From assembly GCA_963758115.1 (NCBI GenBank), contig CAVWUG010000010.1, forward strand, positions 136,237-200,236: 64,000 bases of DNA. Direction: 5' to 3'. Shown in pieces: positions 1 through 8,950 of this stretch. The first letter of the stretch is position 1. Each line of letters begins with the position of its first letter. The notes under the pieces are model-generated. The model made no database searches. It saw only the letters and a program-made list of their open reading frames with translations, and was not told the origin of the DNA. The translations under genes and the position numbers were made by a program. Origin of the DNA: an uncultured Actinomycetota bacterium (GTDB lineage: Bacteria > Actinomycetota > Actinomycetes > Mycobacteriales > Mycobacteriaceae).

Positions 1-1
1 G

Positions 2-970
2 GCCCTGCAGTGGGCGCTGTCGGTCGCCGCGAAGCGCGCGACGTCACTCATCGCCGACGAACCGCTGCCCGACGACGTGGCCGCCGAGTGGGCGCAAGCC
101 GACGAGCTGGTGCTCTCGACGCTGCGCGAGAAGCTCGGCCTCGACCAGCTGCGCTGGGCGGTGTCGGGGGCCGCGCCGATCCCCAGGGAGACGCTGGCGT
201 TCTTCGCCGGCATCGGCATCCCGATCGCCGAAGTCTGGGGTATGTCGGAGCTCAGTTGTGTTGCGAGCGTGAGCCATCCGCGGGAGGCGCGGCTCGGCTC
301 GGTGGGCAAGCTGTTGCCCGGATTGGAGTCCAAGATCGCCGAGGACGGCGAGTATTTGGTCCGGGGACCGCTGGTGATGAAGGGCTACCGGCAGGAGCCG
401 GCCAAGACGGCCGAGGCGATCGACGCCGACGGCTGGCTGCACACCGGTGACATCCTGGACGAGGATGCCGATGGCTATCTGCGGATAGTCGACCGCAAGA
501 AGGAGTTGATCATCAATGCGGGTGGCAAGAACATGTCGCCGGCCAATATCGAAAACACGGTCAAGGCTGCCTGCCCGATGATCGGAGCGATGCTCACCAT
601 CGGCGACGGCCGTCCGTACAACACCGCATTGTTGGTGTTCGATGCCGACTCAGTTGGCCCCTATGCGGAACGCCACGGCATCGCCGACGCCTCACCTGAG
701 GCGCTTGCCAACCACCCGGACGTGCTCGCGCAGATTTCGGCGGGGGTCGCCAACGGCAACGCCAAATTATCGCGGGTCGAGCAGATCAAACGCTTCCGGG
801 TGCTGCCCACGCTCTGGGAGCCGGGCGGCGACGAGATCACCCAGACGATGAAGCTCAAGCGACGCCAGATCATGGCCAAGTACGCCACGCAGATCGAGGA
901 GCTCTACGCCGGCGAGCTGGGCCCGGATATCCACGAGCCGAAGCCCGCGTCAATAGCGCGGCGGGCGTAG
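2..970 (+). CDS. long-chain acyl-CoA synthetase (FadD-type adenylate-forming enzyme), C-terminal part; 5' end upstream of window
   Basis: Frame is open from nt 2 with no stop. Motifs WLHTGD, GYLRIVDRKKELIINAGGKNMSPANIE and KLKRRQI are typical C-terminal core motifs of the AMP-binding family. Confidence 0.85.
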   Translation, partial: ALQWALSVAAKRATSLIADEPLPDDVAAEWAQADELVLSTLREKLGLDQLRWAVSGAAPIPRETLAFFAGIGIPIAEVWGMSELSCVASVSHPREARLGSVGKLLPGLESKIAEDGEYLVRGPLVMKGYRQEPAKTAEAIDADGWLHTGDILDEDADGYLRIVDRKKELIINAGGKNMSPANIENTVKAACPMIGAMLTIGDGRPYNTALLVFDADSVGPYAERHGIADASPEALANHPDVLAQISAGVANGNAKLSRVEQIKRFRVLPTLWEPGGDEITQTMKLKRRQIMAKYATQIEELYAGELGPDIHEPKPASIARRA

Positions 971-971
971 G

Positions 972-2198
972 TCAGCTGGCCCGCTTGCGGTCCCGGTGGG
1001 CGTCGAGCGCCGTCACGAGTCCGCGTCGCCTCAGCTGCTCATCGCCGCACGGCCGATCCGGTCGTTGATCGATGTAGTGAAACTTGTTCTCGGACGCGGT
1101 TTCTGGCGCGTCGTCGCAGGTGTCATTCAGGAACTGCACCGGCAGAGCCAATTTGCAGATGGTGCGCACCGTGAGCAGATACTGGCCCATAAACGAGCCG
1201 GTCGTATAGGGCAAGTCGTACTTGGCGCACAACGCGCGGACCCGATCGGCGATCTCGGGCAAGCGATTACTCGGCAGGTCGGGGAACAGGTGATGCTCGA
1301 TCTGGTAGCAGAGGTTTCCGCTCATGAAGGCCAGCACCCGGCCGGCCCGGAAGTTCGCGGTGCCCAACATCTGCCGCAGGTACCACTCGGGTTTCGTCTC
1401 GTCCTCCAAGACCGACTCGGTGAACTTCTCCGCACCGTCGGCGAAGTGCCCGCAGACGATGACGATGTAGGCCCAGGCATTGCGCAGCCCGTTGGCCACC
1501 ACCGTGGCACCGAGTGTCCGGCGCCACCGCCGTCGGCTCAACAACGGAAAGAGCAGGTAATCCTTGACGGCCTGACGGACCATCTTGCGGACCATCGTCC
1601 TGGTGTGGGCAGACTTCGCGGCTTCGGTGTTCTCGCGGTCCTGCGCGGCGTACAGGCCGTGCATGGCGACACCCCACTCGAAGAGGGCCGCCAGCAACAC
1701 CGCGCGCAACGGCTGGGCAAGGTTGCTCGGCCGCCATTCCTGGTCGCGGGTGACCCGCATGACTCCGAAGCCGAGGTCATCGTCCATGCCGACGACGTTG
1801 GTGAATTTGTGGTGCTTGTGATTGTGTGACGACATCCAGTGCGCCGACGGGCCCACCATGTCCCATTCCCACGTGGCGGAATGGATTTCCGGGTCGTTCA
1901 TCCAGTCCCACTGACCGTGGGTGATGTTGTGGGCGAGCTCCATGTTCTCGACGCACTTGGCCACAGCCAGCGTGGCAGTTCCGACGGCCCAACCGACCTT
2001 GGTTTTGCTCGCAAGGATGGTGAGCCTCGCCGCGACCTCGAGGCCTCGCTGAAAAGCGATCGCGCGCCGGATGTAACTGCGGTCCTTGGCACCGCGCGAC
2101 TGCTCGATGTCGGAGCGAATCGTGTCCAATTCGGCCGCGAGCGCGGCCACGTCCCAGTCGCTCAGATGGGCGTATTCAGGTACTTCGGCGATTGCCAT
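972..2198 (-). CDS. membrane fatty-acid (acyl-CoA) desaturase
   Basis: Three histidine boxes are present: HNITHGQW, HNHKHHKF and QIEHHLFP. The regions between the boxes are hydrophobic. Convergent with the fadD stop, 1-nt gap. Confidence 0.85.
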   Translation of the reverse strand: MAIAEVPEYAHLSDWDVAALAAELDTIRSDIEQSRGAKDRSYIRRAIAFQRGLEVAARLTILASKTKVGWAVGTATLAVAKCVENMELAHNITHGQWDWMNDPEIHSATWEWDMVGPSAHWMSSHNHKHHKFTNVVGMDDDLGFGVMRVTRDQEWRPSNLAQPLRAVLLAALFEWGVAMHGLYAAQDRENTEAAKSAHTRTMVRKMVRQAVKDYLLFPLLSRRRWRRTLGATVVANGLRNAWAYIVIVCGHFADGAEKFTESVLEDETKPEWYLRQMLGTANFRAGRVLAFMSGNLCYQIEHHLFPDLPSNRLPEIADRVRALCAKYDLPYTTGSFMGQYLLTVRTICKLALPVQFLNDTCDDAPETASENKFHYIDQRPDRPCGDEQLRRRGLVTALDAHRDRKRAS

Positions 2199-2428
2199 CG
2201 AGGCTTATCGACCAACGGCAGCGTTGGCGGATGGCCCTGTCCGCGCGACGGCGCGCGGCGACCAGCTGAACAGTTGGAGCATGTGCTTGACTCCCAGCTT
2301 TACCGGCTCTGCGCGGTGCGTCTGATCGAGGATGGTCGATGGTCGTCGCAGACTCTACACGGCGCGCATCGCCGTGAGGTCACCTCGAGATCTCGGCGCC
2401 TTGACCTGCCGGGTTTAGGGTGTGAGGT

Positions 2429-2866
2429 ATGCCACTCGAAGGTGAATACGCTCCAAGCCCCTGGGACTGGTCCCGCGAACAGGCCGACAAGTACGCCGAG
2501 TCGGGTGGAGCCGACGCTGCGGACATGAAGGGCAAGCCCATCATTCTGCTGATCACCGTCGGTGCCAAGACCGGCAAGCTCCGTAAGACTCCGCTGATGC
2601 GGGTCGAGCACGACGGTGAATATGCCGTCGTCGCGTCGCTGGGCGGGGCGCCGAAGAACCCGGTCTGGTACTACAACATCGCGAAGAACCCGCTTGTCGA
2701 GTTGCAGGACGGCAGCGTGACCCGCGATTACCACGCCCGCGAGGTATTCGGCGACGACAAGGCTGCCTGGTGGGAACGGGCCGTGGCGGCCTGGCCGGCC
2801 TATGCCGAGTATCAGGAGAAGACCGAGCGGCAAATTCCGGTCTTTGTACTGACCCCTGTGCAGTGA
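2429..2866 (+). CDS. deazaflavin (F420)-dependent nitroreductase family protein (Ddn/Rv1558-like)
   Basis: [37 protein letters not shown] is the signature of the F420H2-dependent quinone reductase family. Size is 145 aa. Confidence 0.8.
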   Translation: MPLEGEYAPSPWDWSREQADKYAESGGADAADMKGKPIILLITVGAKTGKLRKTPLMRVEHDGEYAVVASLGGAPKNPVWYYNIAKNPLVELQDGSVTRDYHAREVFGDDKAAWWERAVAAWPAYAEYQEKTERQIPVFVLTPVQ

Positions 2867-2894
2867 ATCCGCAGTTTGGTGGCACCATTGACCG

Positions 2895-4184
2895 GTGTCC
2901 GCCGAACTGAGCCAAAGCGCGAGCACCCGGGGCAGCGGGCCGCTGTCTGCTGCTGATATCGATGCGGCGGCGCAGCGAATCAGCGGGGTGGTCACGCCCA
3001 CCCCGCTGCAGCTCTCCGACCGGTTGTCCTCGATAACCGGGGCGAACGTCTATCTCAAGCGCGAAGACCTGCAGACCGTGCGTTCCTACAAGCTGCGTGG
3101 CGCCTACAACCTGCTCGTGCAGCTTTCCGGGGAGGAGCTCGCCGCGGGCGTGGTGTGCTCGTCGGCCGGAAACCATGCACAGGGCTTCGCCTACGCCTGC
3201 CGGACGCTCGGCGTTCGCGGTCGCGTCTACGTACCGGCCACAACACCGAAGCAAAAGCGCGACCGCATCCGCTATCACGGCGGCGACTTCATCGAGCTGA
3301 TCGTCGGCGGGTCGACCTACGACCTGGCGGCCGAAGCCGCGCTCGCCGACGTCGCATGTACAGGTGCCACCCTGGTCCCTCCGTTCGATGACCCTCGCAC
3401 CATGGCCGGCCAGGGCACGATCGCCGTCGAACTACTCGACCAGCTCGACGTCGAACCCGATCTGGTCGTGGTTCCCGTCGGTGGCGGCGGGTGCATCGCC
3501 GGCATTACTACGTATCTTGCCGAGCGGACCACCAACACGGCGATCCTCGGCGTCGAACCGGCCGGTGCGGCGGCGATGATGGCGGCGCTGGCCAGCGGCG
3601 GACCCGTCACCCTGGACGCGGTCGACCAGTTCGTCGACGGCGCTGCCGTGAGCCGCGCCGGGCGACTGACGTACGCGGCGTTGGCCGCCGCGGGCGACAT
3701 GGTCTCGATCACCACCGTGGACGAGGGCGCGGTGTGTACCGCGATGCTCGACCTGTACCAGAACGAGGGGATCATCGCCGAACCCGCCGGAGCGCTCTCG
3801 GTCACGGGCCTGCTGGAAGCCGACGTCGAACCGGATTCGACGGTGGTGTGCCTGATCTCGGGCGGCAACAACGACGTCTCGCGGTACGGCGAGATCCTGG
3901 AGCGCTCGCTGGTTCACCTCGGGCTGAAACACTATTTCCTGGTTGACTTTCCGCAGGAGCCGGGCGCGCTGCGCAGATTCCTCGACGGCGTCCTCGGGCC
4001 CAACGACGACGTCACGTTATTCGAGTATGTGAAGCGCAACAACCGGGAGACCGGTGAGGCGCTGGTCGGCGTCGAGTTGGGTTCAGCCGCCGACCTGGAG
4101 GGGCTGCTGGAGCGGATGCGGGTCACTGACATGCAGATCGAGAAGCTCGACCCGGATTCGCCGGCCTACCGCTATTTGCTGTAA
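2895..4184 (+). CDS. ilvA: threonine dehydratase (biosynthetic)
   Basis: Near-identical by memory to mycobacterial IlvA (MSAELSQS..., YLKREDLQTVRSYKLRGAYN, SSAGNHAQGFA, C-terminal ACT-like domain ending AYRYLL). GTG start. Confidence 0.95.
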   Translation: MSAELSQSASTRGSGPLSAADIDAAAQRISGVVTPTPLQLSDRLSSITGANVYLKREDLQTVRSYKLRGAYNLLVQLSGEELAAGVVCSSAGNHAQGFAYACRTLGVRGRVYVPATTPKQKRDRIRYHGGDFIELIVGGSTYDLAAEAALADVACTGATLVPPFDDPRTMAGQGTIAVELLDQLDVEPDLVVVPVGGGGCIAGITTYLAERTTNTAILGVEPAGAAAMMAALASGGPVTLDAVDQFVDGAAVSRAGRLTYAALAAAGDMVSITTVDEGAVCTAMLDLYQNEGIIAEPAGALSVTGLLEADVEPDSTVVCLISGGNNDVSRYGEILERSLVHLGLKHYFLVDFPQEPGALRRFLDGVLGPNDDVTLFEYVKRNNRETGEALVGVELGSAADLEGLLERMRVTDMQIEKLDPDSPAYRYLL

Positions 4185-4192
4185 TCGCCGAG

Positions 4193-4216
4193 CATTCCGG
4201 TGATGCTCACGGAATG
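4193..4216. terminator. hairpin between convergent ilvA and the 77-aa gene (candidate bidirectional terminator)
   Basis: CATTCCG (4193-4199) pairs with CGGAATG (4210-4216) around a 10-nt loop. It starts 9 nt after the ilvA stop and overlaps the 3' end of the minus-strand gene. No U-tract. Confidence 0.3.
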
Positions 4217-4440
4217 GCGTCGATCGCTTCTTTCGCTTCCGATAAACCGGCACCGGTGATCCTGCGGTATTCCTTGATCGCGGCGATCTTGTTGCCGGCG
4301 CGGGCCAGCTCAACCACCCCCGCCGGCATCCCAGTCGCAAGCGCGGCCGCGAAGGGCACGTAGCTGTCGGGAAACAGCGCCTGGAGTTGCTTTTCGATGT
4401 GATCGAGACGGGCCCTGGCGCCGTAGTCGATTTCACTCAC
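4207..4440 (-). CDS. small protein with ribosomal L7/L12 C-terminal-domain-like segment
   Basis: KIAAIKEYRRITGAGLSEAKEAIDAI resembles the L7/L12 CTD helix-turn (KxxVIKxVRxxTGLGLKEAKDLV). 77 aa; lies 9 nt downstream of the 146-aa gene. Confidence 0.6.
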   Translation of the reverse strand: MSEIDYGARARLDHIEKQLQALFPDSYVPFAAALATGMPAGVVELARAGNKIAAIKEYRRITGAGLSEAKEAIDAIP

Positions 4441-4449
4441 ACGCGAAAG

Positions 4450-4890
4450 TTACCCGATTACTTTCGGCGAGACCGGATCGACCGATTCGTCGTTGGCGCG
4501 AAAGATCGGCTCCAGCGGAATGGCGAACCGTTCGGCCATGTCGGCCAACGACTTTGACCACTGCAAGTCGATCGACGAGACGGGACCTCGGCCGGGTCCC
4601 GACAACAGTAGTGCCACCGTGGTCGCGGGTTCCAGGTCATCGAGCAGCGTGCGCAGCGCTGACATGAGATTCCAGACGACCCTGCCACGCGGTCGGATGC
4701 GGATCGAAACCCGGCTGAGCTTCTGCGCGAAGCAGCGGTTCGGCCCGATCAGACCGAACCACAACAGCCGCTCGTCAAAACCCAGCGGCCCCAGTAGCGC
4801 ACGCCAGCGCTGGCGTAGGTCCTCGGTCGAATAGGCGGGGTCGGCAGCGGTCTGAATGGGCGGGATCGGCAATACGTCATGCTTGCTCAT
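4450..4890 (-). CDS. hypothetical protein (146 aa)
   Basis: Only long ORF in this interval, co-oriented with the 77-aa gene. No family recognised. Confidence 0.55.
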   Translation of the reverse strand: MSKHDVLPIPPIQTAADPAYSTEDLRQRWRALLGPLGFDERLLWFGLIGPNRCFAQKLSRVSIRIRPRGRVVWNLMSALRTLLDDLEPATTVALLLSGPGRGPVSSIDLQWSKSLADMAERFAIPLEPIFRANDESVDPVSPKVIG

Positions 4891-4926
4891 CCGCGCATCA
4901 TCAGCGGTCGCGGGCGACGCCGAAAG

Positions 4927-6657
4927 TCAGTTATCCACAGTGCGCAGGATCGCGAACGAATGCGGTGGCAGCTCAGTGCTTTCCCCGCCGATGCCGGGCG
5001 AGCCCCAGGACAGCACGAGATCGCCCGTGCACGGAACGATCACCGGATCGACACCGAGATTGCAGGCCACCGCCAATCGGCCGCGACGCATGACGATCCA
5101 ACGCGCGTCTTCGTCGTAGTCGACGACCAGATCGTTCAGCCACGGATCGGCGAGATCAGCTTCGTTGCGCCGCAGCAGAATCAAGTCACGGTAGATCTGC
5201 AGCACCCGGGCGTGCTCGCCGGCATCGAGCTCGGTCCAGTCGAGCTTCGAGCGCTGAAACGTCTGGGGGTCCTGAGGGTCGGGAATGTCGTCGGCGTCCC
5301 AGCCGTGATCGGCGAATTCCTTCTTGCGGCCCTCTGCGGTGGCGCGCGCCAGCTCCGGCTCCGGGTGGGAGCTGAAGAACTGGAAGGGTGTTGAGGCGCC
5401 CCACTCTTCGCCCATGAAAAGCATTGCGGTGTAAGGGGACCCGAGAACCAACGCGGCCTTGACGGCCAGCTGTCCGGCATCGAGGTTTTGCGACGGGCGG
5501 TCCCCGAGAGCGCGGTTCCCGACCTGGTCGTGCGTGCAGGTGTACGCGAGCAGACGAGTAGCCGGAATGATCGAGGTGTCGAGTGGCCTGCCATGCCTGC
5601 GGCGCCGGAACGACGAGTAGGTCGCCGCGTGGAAGAAGCCGTGCCGCAACGTCGTCGCCAGGTTCGCGAGCGAGCCGAAGTCGGCGTAGTAGCCCTGGCG
5701 CTCGCCGGACACCGCGGTGTGGATGGCGTGGTGAATGTCGTCGTCCCATTGCGCGGTCATTCCGTAGCCCCGGGCTTCGCGGGGGGTGATCATCTTTGGG
5801 TCGTTGAGGTCGCTCTCGGCGACCAGCGACAGCGGCCGGCCCAGTTGCTCAGCGAGCTCGTCGGTTTCGGCGGACAGCTCCTCGAGCAGGTGGATCGCGG
5901 TGGTGTCGAACAGGGCGTGCACGGCGTCCAGGCGCAGCCCGTCGGCGTGAAAGTCGCGCATCCAGCGCAGTGCGCAGTCGATGATGTAGCGGCGCACCTC
6001 GTCGGAGCCGGCGTCGGCGATGTTGATGCCTTCGCCCCACGGGTTGCTCGCCGACGACAGGTAGGGCCCGAACCGCGGCAGGTAGTTACCCGACGGGCCG
6101 AGATGGTTGAACACCGCGTCGATCAGCACGCCCAGACCACGGCGATGGCAGGCGTCGACGAATCGGACCAGACCGTCAGGCCCGCCGTAGGGTTCGTGCA
6201 CGGCGTACCACAGCACGCCGTCGTAGCCCCAGCCGTACTTTCCGGAAAACGCATTGACCGGCATCACCTCGACGAAGTCGATACCGAGGTCGACCAGGTA
6301 GTCGAGCTTGTCGATCGCGGCGTCGAAGGTGCCTGCCGGTGTGAACGTGCCGATGTGCAACTCGTAGATCACCGCGCCGTGCACCGAACGGCCACTCCAG
6401 TCGCCATCCGTCCACGCGTCCGTCGCAGGCACCCACCGCTGCGACCTGTCATGCACCCCGTCGGGTTGGCGCGGTGAGCGCGGGTCGGGCAGCAACGTCG
6501 GATCGTCGTCGAGCAGGAATCCGTAGCGCGCATCGGGGGCGGCGTCGGCGGTGGCCCGCCACCAGCCGTCAGGGCCCCGGGTCATCGCATGCGCCGCGCC
6601 GTCCACGTCGAGACGTACAACGTCCGGTTTCGGCGCCCACACTGCGAAATCAGGCAT
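4927..6657 (-). CDS. treZ: malto-oligosyltrehalose trehalohydrolase
   Basis: GH13 motifs (GVLIDAVFNHLGP, DGLRLDAVHAL, ESDLNDP, YTCTHDQVGNR). Start overlaps the treY stop by 8 nt. Position in the treXYZ cluster. Confidence 0.93.
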   Translation of the reverse strand: MPDFAVWAPKPDVVRLDVDGAAHAMTRGPDGWWRATADAAPDARYGFLLDDDPTLLPDPRSPRQPDGVHDRSQRWVPATDAWTDGDWSGRSVHGAVIYELHIGTFTPAGTFDAAIDKLDYLVDLGIDFVEVMPVNAFSGKYGWGYDGVLWYAVHEPYGGPDGLVRFVDACHRRGLGVLIDAVFNHLGPSGNYLPRFGPYLSSASNPWGEGINIADAGSDEVRRYIIDCALRWMRDFHADGLRLDAVHALFDTTAIHLLEELSAETDELAEQLGRPLSLVAESDLNDPKMITPREARGYGMTAQWDDDIHHAIHTAVSGERQGYYADFGSLANLATTLRHGFFHAATYSSFRRRRHGRPLDTSIIPATRLLAYTCTHDQVGNRALGDRPSQNLDAGQLAVKAALVLGSPYTAMLFMGEEWGASTPFQFFSSHPEPELARATAEGRKKEFADHGWDADDIPDPQDPQTFQRSKLDWTELDAGEHARVLQIYRDLILLRRNEADLADPWLNDLVVDYDEDARWIVMRRGRLAVACNLGVDPVIVPCTGDLVLSWGSPGIGGESTELPPHSFAILRTVDN

Positions 6658-8947
6658 CGCCGCGCTCCAGAAGGATCACCGGTAACTCGGCGAACAGGTC
6701 AGCGGCCGACACCGTTCCCGATACCGGCCTGCCGGTCAGCACATCGGTCCACGAGCCGTCCGGCAACGGGAGAACCGTATCACCCCAACCGGTTTGTTCC
6801 AGGTGAACCGTCCAGCGCACCGCGGCGGCCAGCACGTCATCGCCACGACGGAACGCCACCACGTGATCGGCGGCGGCTCCGGCGGCGAGCACGGGCAGGT
6901 AGCCGCCCTGCACGAACGCGTCGGGGCGGGCGCGCCGCAGCCGTAACGCCACGTTGACGACACGCATTTTGTTGTGCTGCAGCGACTTCAGCGCATCACG
7001 TCGAGCGTCGTAGTCCACCGGACGTCGGTTGTCGGGGTCGACCAGGCTGTCGTCCCACAATTCGGTGCCCTGGTAGATGTCGGGGACACCAGGGGCGGTC
7101 AGGGCCAGCAGCTTCTGGCCCAGCGCATCGCTCTGGGCATGCGTGTGCAGCCGTCCCACCAGCTGGGTGAGCTCCCGAGGGATCGGTCCATCGAGCACCG
7201 CGTCCAACCATTCGTGAACGGACTTCTCGAATTCGGAGTCGGAATCGTTCCACGTGGTGTGCAACGCCGCCTCCCGGATGGCCTTCTCAGCGTAGGCATG
7301 CAGGCGCTCTCGCAGTTCTTCGCTGACGAGCCCGTCCACCGGCCAGACACCGAAGATGTTCTGCCACAGAAAGAGTCCGGTCGCCGGGTCGGGGGAGGGA
7401 GCGATGACTTCCCAGCGGGTGACGAACTCGGCCCACAGTGACGGCACCTGCGACAACACCCCGATGCGAGCCCGCACATCTTCGCCGCGCTTGGTGTCGT
7501 GCGTCGTCAACGCCGTCATCGCATTCGGCCACAACCTCGCCCGCATACCGGAGCTGTCATGGAATTCCGCCGCGCCGACGCCGAACCGGTGCGGCTCGCC
7601 GCCGACCTCGTTCAGCGAGACCAGTCGGGCGTCGCGATAGAACAGGCAGTCTTCAACCGACTTGGCAGTCACCGCGCCGCACAACTGCTGCAGTCGGGCG
7701 TCGGGTTCCCCGCCGTGGGCCAGTGCCGCGGCGATGATTTGCAGCGGCTGCCGTAATTCCGGTGCGGCAGTTTCGGTTTCAGCCAGCGCAGTGGACAGTA
7801 TCGCTGCCAGTCCGCGGTAATCGAAACGGTAGACGTCGATGTGGCCGAGCAGCGTCGCCACGGCGTCGGATAGCTGCGGATGGTCGGCGCCGGCAGCGGT
7901 CACGATGGCGCGACGTAGCCGGGCCAGTTCGCTGCCGAGCGTGTCGGTGGCCACCGCCGCCTTCAGGTCGCGCAGCACTGCCGGTGTGGCGGAATAGTTC
8001 ACGCCGGACGACTCATACAGGGCGGTCAGTGCCTCGGCGCCGTTCGGGTCGATGAACACCCCGCCCACGTCGCGCAACGCGTCGTAGCCGGTGGTACCGG
8101 CAACGGGCAGCGTCGGCTCCAGCGGCTCGTCGACGGCGAGAATCTTCTCGATCACGATCCACGCTTCGGGCCCGGTCAGTTCGCGCAACCAGGTGAGATA
8201 CCCAGCTGGATCGGCCAATCCGTCCGGGTGATCGATGCGCACCCCGTCGACAAGTGCCTCGGCGAACCAGCTGCCCACCTCGGTGTGGCTGGCGTCGAAC
8301 ACCGCGTGGTCTTCCTGGCGCAGTCCGGCAAGCGAGGTGATCGAAAAGAACCGTCGGTAGCCGACCACGCCGCTGCGCCACCCGACCAGCTGGTAGTGCT
8401 GGCGGTCGTGTACCTGCGGGCCTGTCCCGTCGCCGGTTCCAGGTGCGATCGGAAAGGTCAGATCGCCGAGGCGCAACACGTCGTCGTCGACCTGCAGATC
8501 GGCCACATCGTCGTCAGAACCCAGCACCGGCAGCACAATTCGCCCGTCCGCGAGCTTCCAGTCGATGTCGAAGAACGACGCGTACTGCGAGGATTGGCCG
8601 TGCCGCAGCACATCCCACCACCACGGGTTCTGCTCCGGCTTGTCCACGCCGACGTGGTTGGGCACCACGTCGACGATCAGACCCATGCCGCGGGCCCGCG
8701 CAGCGCTCGACAGCCTTTCCAAACCCTCGCGGCCGCCGAGTTCGGCTGACACCGTCGTGGGGTCGGTGACGTCGTAGCCGTGTGCGGACCCGGTGACCGG
8801 GGTCAGGATCGGCGACAAGTACAGGTGCGACACCCCGAGGTCGTCGAGGTAATCCAGCAGTTTCTCGGCGTCGGCGAAGGTGAAGCCGAAGCCGCTCGAT
8901 GGACCTCGCAGCTGCAGCCGGTAGGTGGACAGTACCGGAAAAGCCAT
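6650..8947 (-). CDS. treY: malto-oligosyltrehalose synthase
   Basis: N-terminus STYRLQLRG...FTFADAEKLLDYLDDLGVSHLYLSPIL and VDVVPNHVG are typical TreY. 765 aa. Confidence 0.93.
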   Translation of the reverse strand: MAFPVLSTYRLQLRGPSSGFGFTFADAEKLLDYLDDLGVSHLYLSPILTPVTGSAHGYDVTDPTTVSAELGGREGLERLSSAARARGMGLIVDVVPNHVGVDKPEQNPWWWDVLRHGQSSQYASFFDIDWKLADGRIVLPVLGSDDDVADLQVDDDVLRLGDLTFPIAPGTGDGTGPQVHDRQHYQLVGWRSGVVGYRRFFSITSLAGLRQEDHAVFDASHTEVGSWFAEALVDGVRIDHPDGLADPAGYLTWLRELTGPEAWIVIEKILAVDEPLEPTLPVAGTTGYDALRDVGGVFIDPNGAEALTALYESSGVNYSATPAVLRDLKAAVATDTLGSELARLRRAIVTAAGADHPQLSDAVATLLGHIDVYRFDYRGLAAILSTALAETETAAPELRQPLQIIAAALAHGGEPDARLQQLCGAVTAKSVEDCLFYRDARLVSLNEVGGEPHRFGVGAAEFHDSSGMRARLWPNAMTALTTHDTKRGEDVRARIGVLSQVPSLWAEFVTRWEVIAPSPDPATGLFLWQNIFGVWPVDGLVSEELRERLHAYAEKAIREAALHTTWNDSDSEFEKSVHEWLDAVLDGPIPRELTQLVGRLHTHAQSDALGQKLLALTAPGVPDIYQGTELWDDSLVDPDNRRPVDYDARRDALKSLQHNKMRVVNVALRLRRARPDAFVQGGYLPVLAAGAAADHVVAFRRGDDVLAAAVRWTVHLEQTGWGDTVLPLPDGSWTDVLTGRPVSGTVSAADLFAELPVILLERGDA

Positions 8948-8950
8948 GCG

